Below are positions 52,798 through 55,695 of a stretch of 55,695 nucleotides of DNA, in pieces. The translations under genes were made by a program, and so were the position numbers. The stretch's first letter is position 1, and every line of letters begins with the position of its first letter. Source of the stretch: Candidatus Taylorbacteria bacterium RIFCSPHIGHO2_02_FULL_43_32b (GTDB lineage: Bacteria > Patescibacteriota > Minisyncoccia > Phycocordibacterales > 2-02-FULL-43-11). Under the pieces are notes generated by a model. That model saw only the letters and a program-made list of their open reading frames with translations. It was not told the origin of the DNA and ran no database searches. The DNA lies in the NCBI GenBank assembly GCA_001820955.1, contig MHRK01000047.1, forward strand, positions 1 through 55,695. Direction: 5' to 3'.

Positions 52798-54147
52798 ATG
52801 ACAGGCCTAAACAAACAAGAACCGCTCATACTTTTTTTGGGTGATGTTGTTATTTTTGCCATAACGTTGTGGCTGGCCCTTTTTTTGCGTTACGGGTCGG
52901 TACCTCCAATTGACCGTATACAGAGCCATTTTTTGGCTTTTTTGCCTCTCGTAGCAATATGGCTTGTTGTTTTTTTTATCGCCGGTCTATATGAAAGGCA
53001 TACTTTGATTTTAAGGAGCCGTTTGCCAAATATTGTCATAGGGGCACAAATAGCCAACGGAATTGTTGCCGTGGCTTTTTTCTACTTCGCCACATATCTT
53101 ACAATCGCTCCGAAAACTGTGCTGTTTATTTATGTCGCGTTGGCGGCCGTCGCCGCAATTTTGTGGAGGCTTTATGGATATCCCATAATCGGAAGCCGCA
53201 GTAAGCAAAGAGCCTTCTTGATTGGCCAAGGCGAAGAGATTCGTGAATTGGAGACTGAAGTTAACCAAAACGATTTTTATGCCATGAAATTCGTTTCGTC
53301 TATTGATGTGGATAAAATTGCTGGCTTGGATATCAGAAAAGACCTTATTGAGGAAGTTTACGCTGATGAAGTTTCGATTATTGCTCTCGACACAAGAAAC
53401 CCAAAAATAAATCCGCTTCAGCCTCATTTATACAACCTTGTTTTTTCTAACGTGAAGTTTATCAGCCTGCACAGGCTTTACGAAGAAATATTCAAGAGGG
53501 TGCCGCTTTCCCTTGTCGGTTATGAATGGTTCTTGGAAAATGTTTCCAATCGTTCCAAGCCTGTTTACGACGCTTTGAAAAGAATAATTGACGTTGCGAT
53601 TTCATTGCCTCTTCTAGTTGTGCCTCTCCTTTCATTTCCTTTTGTGTACATCGCGGTAAAAATTGAAGATGGCGGACCGGTTTTTATTTTTCAAACCAGG
53701 GTAGGCGAAAATAACCGGCTGGTCAAATTTGTGAAGTTCAGAACAATGCTATTTAGTGAGGACGGTGAATGGCAGGGAAGAGGAAAGGAAAATAAGGTGA
53801 CAGCAGTCGGCGCATTTCTCCGAAAAACTCGTCTTGATGAATTTCCTCAGTTGTGGAACGTTCTCATCGGGGACGCGTCTCTTGTTGGCCCGCGTCCGGA
53901 GTTTCCGGAGCCCGTTCGGCGTTATTCAGAAGAACTGCCATATTACAATGTTCGACATATGATAAAGCCTGGCTTGTCAGGTTGGGCACAGATATACGGA
54001 GAGCATCCTCACCACGGGGTGGATGTAACGAAGACTGCCAATAAATTGGCGTATGATTTGTACTACATCAATAACAGAAGTCTGTTCTTGGATTTGGAGA
54101 TCGCACTGAAGACAGTTAGGATTTTGCTGACGTTTAAGGGAAAATAA
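52798..54147 (+). CDS. Polyprenyl-phosphate sugar-1-phosphate transferase (WbaP/bacterial sugar transferase family)
   Basis: N-terminal TM helices. C-terminal LRKTRLDEFPQLWNVLIGDASLVGPRPE...IKPGLSGWAQI. Confidence 0.9.
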   Translation: MTGLNKQEPLILFLGDVVIFAITLWLALFLRYGSVPPIDRIQSHFLAFLPLVAIWLVVFFIAGLYERHTLILRSRLPNIVIGAQIANGIVAVAFFYFATYLTIAPKTVLFIYVALAAVAAILWRLYGYPIIGSRSKQRAFLIGQGEEIRELETEVNQNDFYAMKFVSSIDVDKIAGLDIRKDLIEEVYADEVSIIALDTRNPKINPLQPHLYNLVFSNVKFISLHRLYEEIFKRVPLSLVGYEWFLENVSNRSKPVYDALKRIIDVAISLPLLVVPLLSFPFVYIAVKIEDGGPVFIFQTRVGENNRLVKFVKFRTMLFSEDGEWQGRGKENKVTAVGAFLRKTRLDEFPQLWNVLIGDASLVGPRPEFPEPVRRYSEELPYYNVRHMIKPGLSGWAQIYGEHPHHGVDVTKTANKLAYDLYYINNRSLFLDLEIALKTVRILLTFKGK

Positions 54148-54150
54148 GAT

Positions 54151-54252
54151 TAATGTAAAATGTAAATATCAAAATTCAAAATGACAATGCTAAATTATTA
54201 AATTTTACATTTTTAATTGTAATTTTGCATTTTGATTTTTTAATTTTGAATT
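54151..54252. repeat. Family F1 palindromic element (empty)
   Basis: taatgtaaaatgtaaatatcaaaattcaaaatgacaatgc...attttacatttttaattgtaattttgcattttgattttttaattttgaatt. Confidence 0.7.
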
Positions 54253-54274
54253 AGCTTAACCGACGTAATTGAGA

Positions 54275-55210
54275 ATGAAAAACAAAAATTCGGATAGTGA
54301 TAAAAGCAAGGGGGTGAAAATTGTAGTGACTGGCGGAGCCGGATTTATCGGCAGTCATATTGTCGACGCCCTGGTTGCTTCAAATAAATACGAAGTCCAT
54401 GTTATCGATAATCTGTCGAACGGAAAGCTGGAAAATGTAAACAAGAAAGCAGTATTTCATAAAGCCGATATTAGAAAATTGGCTGAAATCTCACCCATAC
54501 TAAAAGGTGCCAAATACGTTTTTCACGAAGCGGCCTTGCCCCGCGTTCAATTTTCTATTGAACATCCGGATGAAACAAACGAAGTCAACGTGACGGGCAC
54601 CCTAAATGTTCTTATCGCCGCGAGAGATGCCGGTGTAAAAAGATTAGTCTACGCGGCTTCAAGTTCGGCCTACGGTGATCAGCCAAGTTTACCTTTAATT
54701 GAAAATATGGAGGCCATGCCAAAAAGTCCTTATGGCCTTCAGAAATACATTGGCGAACTTTATCTTAAACTTTTTACCGAAGTTTACGGTATGGAAACCG
54801 TGTCTCTTCGGTATTTCAATGTCTATGGTCGACGTAATTCAAGTGAGGGTGCTTATGCGCTTGTGATCGCTAAGTTTTTCAAATTGCTTAAGGAAGGCAA
54901 AGCTCTGACCATAACCGGAGATGGCACTCATACCCGCGACTTTACATCAGTTCACGATGTTTCGCGCGCCAACCTTTTGGCAATGACAAGTAAAAAAGTG
55001 GGAAAGGGGGAAGTCATAAATATCGGCGCGGGCCACAATTATTCTGTTAATGAGGTGGCCAAAATGATCGGCGGGAAAGCTGTACACATTGCTCCGCGAT
55101 TGGAGCCGCATGACACCCTGGCTGATAATTCTTTGGCCAAAAAATTGCTTGGCTGGACGCCGGAGTGGACACTGGAGGATGGCATCAAGGAACTCAAAAA
55201 ATTGAATTAG
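54275..55210 (+). CDS. NAD-dependent sugar-nucleotide epimerase/dehydratase (SDR family)
   Basis: VTGGAGFIGSHIVDAL (GxxGxxG), ASSSAYG and YGLQKYIGE (YxxxK). The start is taken at ATG 54275; the ORF track starts at TTG 54269. Confidence 0.9.
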   Translation: MKNKNSDSDKSKGVKIVVTGGAGFIGSHIVDALVASNKYEVHVIDNLSNGKLENVNKKAVFHKADIRKLAEISPILKGAKYVFHEAALPRVQFSIEHPDETNEVNVTGTLNVLIAARDAGVKRLVYAASSSAYGDQPSLPLIENMEAMPKSPYGLQKYIGELYLKLFTEVYGMETVSLRYFNVYGRRNSSEGAYALVIAKFFKLLKEGKALTITGDGTHTRDFTSVHDVSRANLLAMTSKKVGKGEVINIGAGHNYSVNEVAKMIGGKAVHIAPRLEPHDTLADNSLAKKLLGWTPEWTLEDGIKELKKLN

Positions 55211-55270
55211 TCAGTGAATTAGCTCGTCCTCTGACGAGACATGGAATTTTGGCAATGAAAAACCGCGGGC

Positions 55271-55549
55271 TTAAAGCCGCGGCGATTTGCTAGTTTTTTT
55301 CGCATTGTTTAGAACGACTTCGCTCGAATCGAAGAGTCTGTGCGTGCGAGCGTTAACGCGGGCATGTATAACCCGGTTCGGGTGTTCGATGACTGTTGTG
55401 TTGTGACACCACCAGATTTGATCTTTCTCCGGCGTAAAACCGTGGTCTGTTAGCCACTGTTCGGCTTCATTACTTTCAAGCGGACCAACACATAAGTCCG
55501 CTGACGTTGCAAACGGGGCCCTAAGTTCAATTACGGTATTTTTATTCAT
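55271..55549 (-). CDS. Hypothetical protein (92 aa)
   Basis: ORF track only. Somewhat GC-richer than its neighbours. A hairpin ccgcgg..ccgcgg lies at its stop. Confidence 0.4.
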   Translation of the reverse strand: MNKNTVIELRAPFATSADLCVGPLESNEAEQWLTDHGFTPEKDQIWWCHNTTVIEHPNRVIHARVNARTHRLFDSSEVVLNNAKKTSKSPRL

Positions 55550-55695
55550 ATTCTCCTCTCTTTATAGGATAGTAAAACTAAAAAGGCATTTCGTCAATAT
55601 TTTGTATCATTGCTGTCCCACTAAACTCCCGCAAGTTGTAATTGGAGCATTTTGTCAGGTTTGAATTTGTGCAGATTCTTTGGGGACAAAGATAA

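Overview
This 55.7-kb window comes from a gene-dense, low-GC bacterial genome (roughly 40% GC by eye, not computed). Its content suggests a Candidate Phyla Radiation / Patescibacteria (Parcubacteria-like) organism, which is an inference: many small membrane or hypothetical proteins, an orphan rplJ-rplL pair, a 23S rRNA gene with no 16S in the window, and heavy interruption of the rRNA. The housekeeping backbone is recO, glyQS, an M16 peptidase, an AI-2E permease, metG, a translationally coupled yhhQ/cofE-like/ATP-grasp trio, tatD, rpsF-ssb-rpsR, a large S8 protease, efp, recA, ftsK, a 1199-aa peptidoglycan-binding surface protein, rplJ-rplL, a SEDS (rodA/ftsW) gene and a glycan-synthesis cluster.

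Stand-out elements:
1. A complete diversity-generating retroelement (DGR) at 5172-7759. It has a GC-rich target gene, a 122-nt VR/TR pair whose mismatches fall almost only at TR adenines, an antisense Avd-like gene and a DGR-type reverse transcriptase.
2. A 6.8-kb 23S rRNA gene carrying about 3.95 kb of insertions at ten sites. These are stem-bounded intervening sequences, a GIY-YIG ORF, a LAGLIDADG group I intron, two ORF-less group-I-like introns (one inside the sarcin-ricin loop) and a 0.96-kb composite insertion.
3. A tRNA-Thr, a tRNA-like element and a nested, fragmented set of 5S-derived sequences around one canonical 5S gene.
4. A 95-bp duplication of the recA 3' end flanking a two-gene cassette.
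5. Several families of low-complexity palindromic 'word' repeats. They fill intergenic gaps, bracket small membrane-protein genes, remodel gene 3' ends and also sit inside the rRNA insertions.

All calls come from reading the sequence and the ORF track. No searches were run. rRNA helix and position assignments are from a from-memory alignment to E. coli and are approximate.
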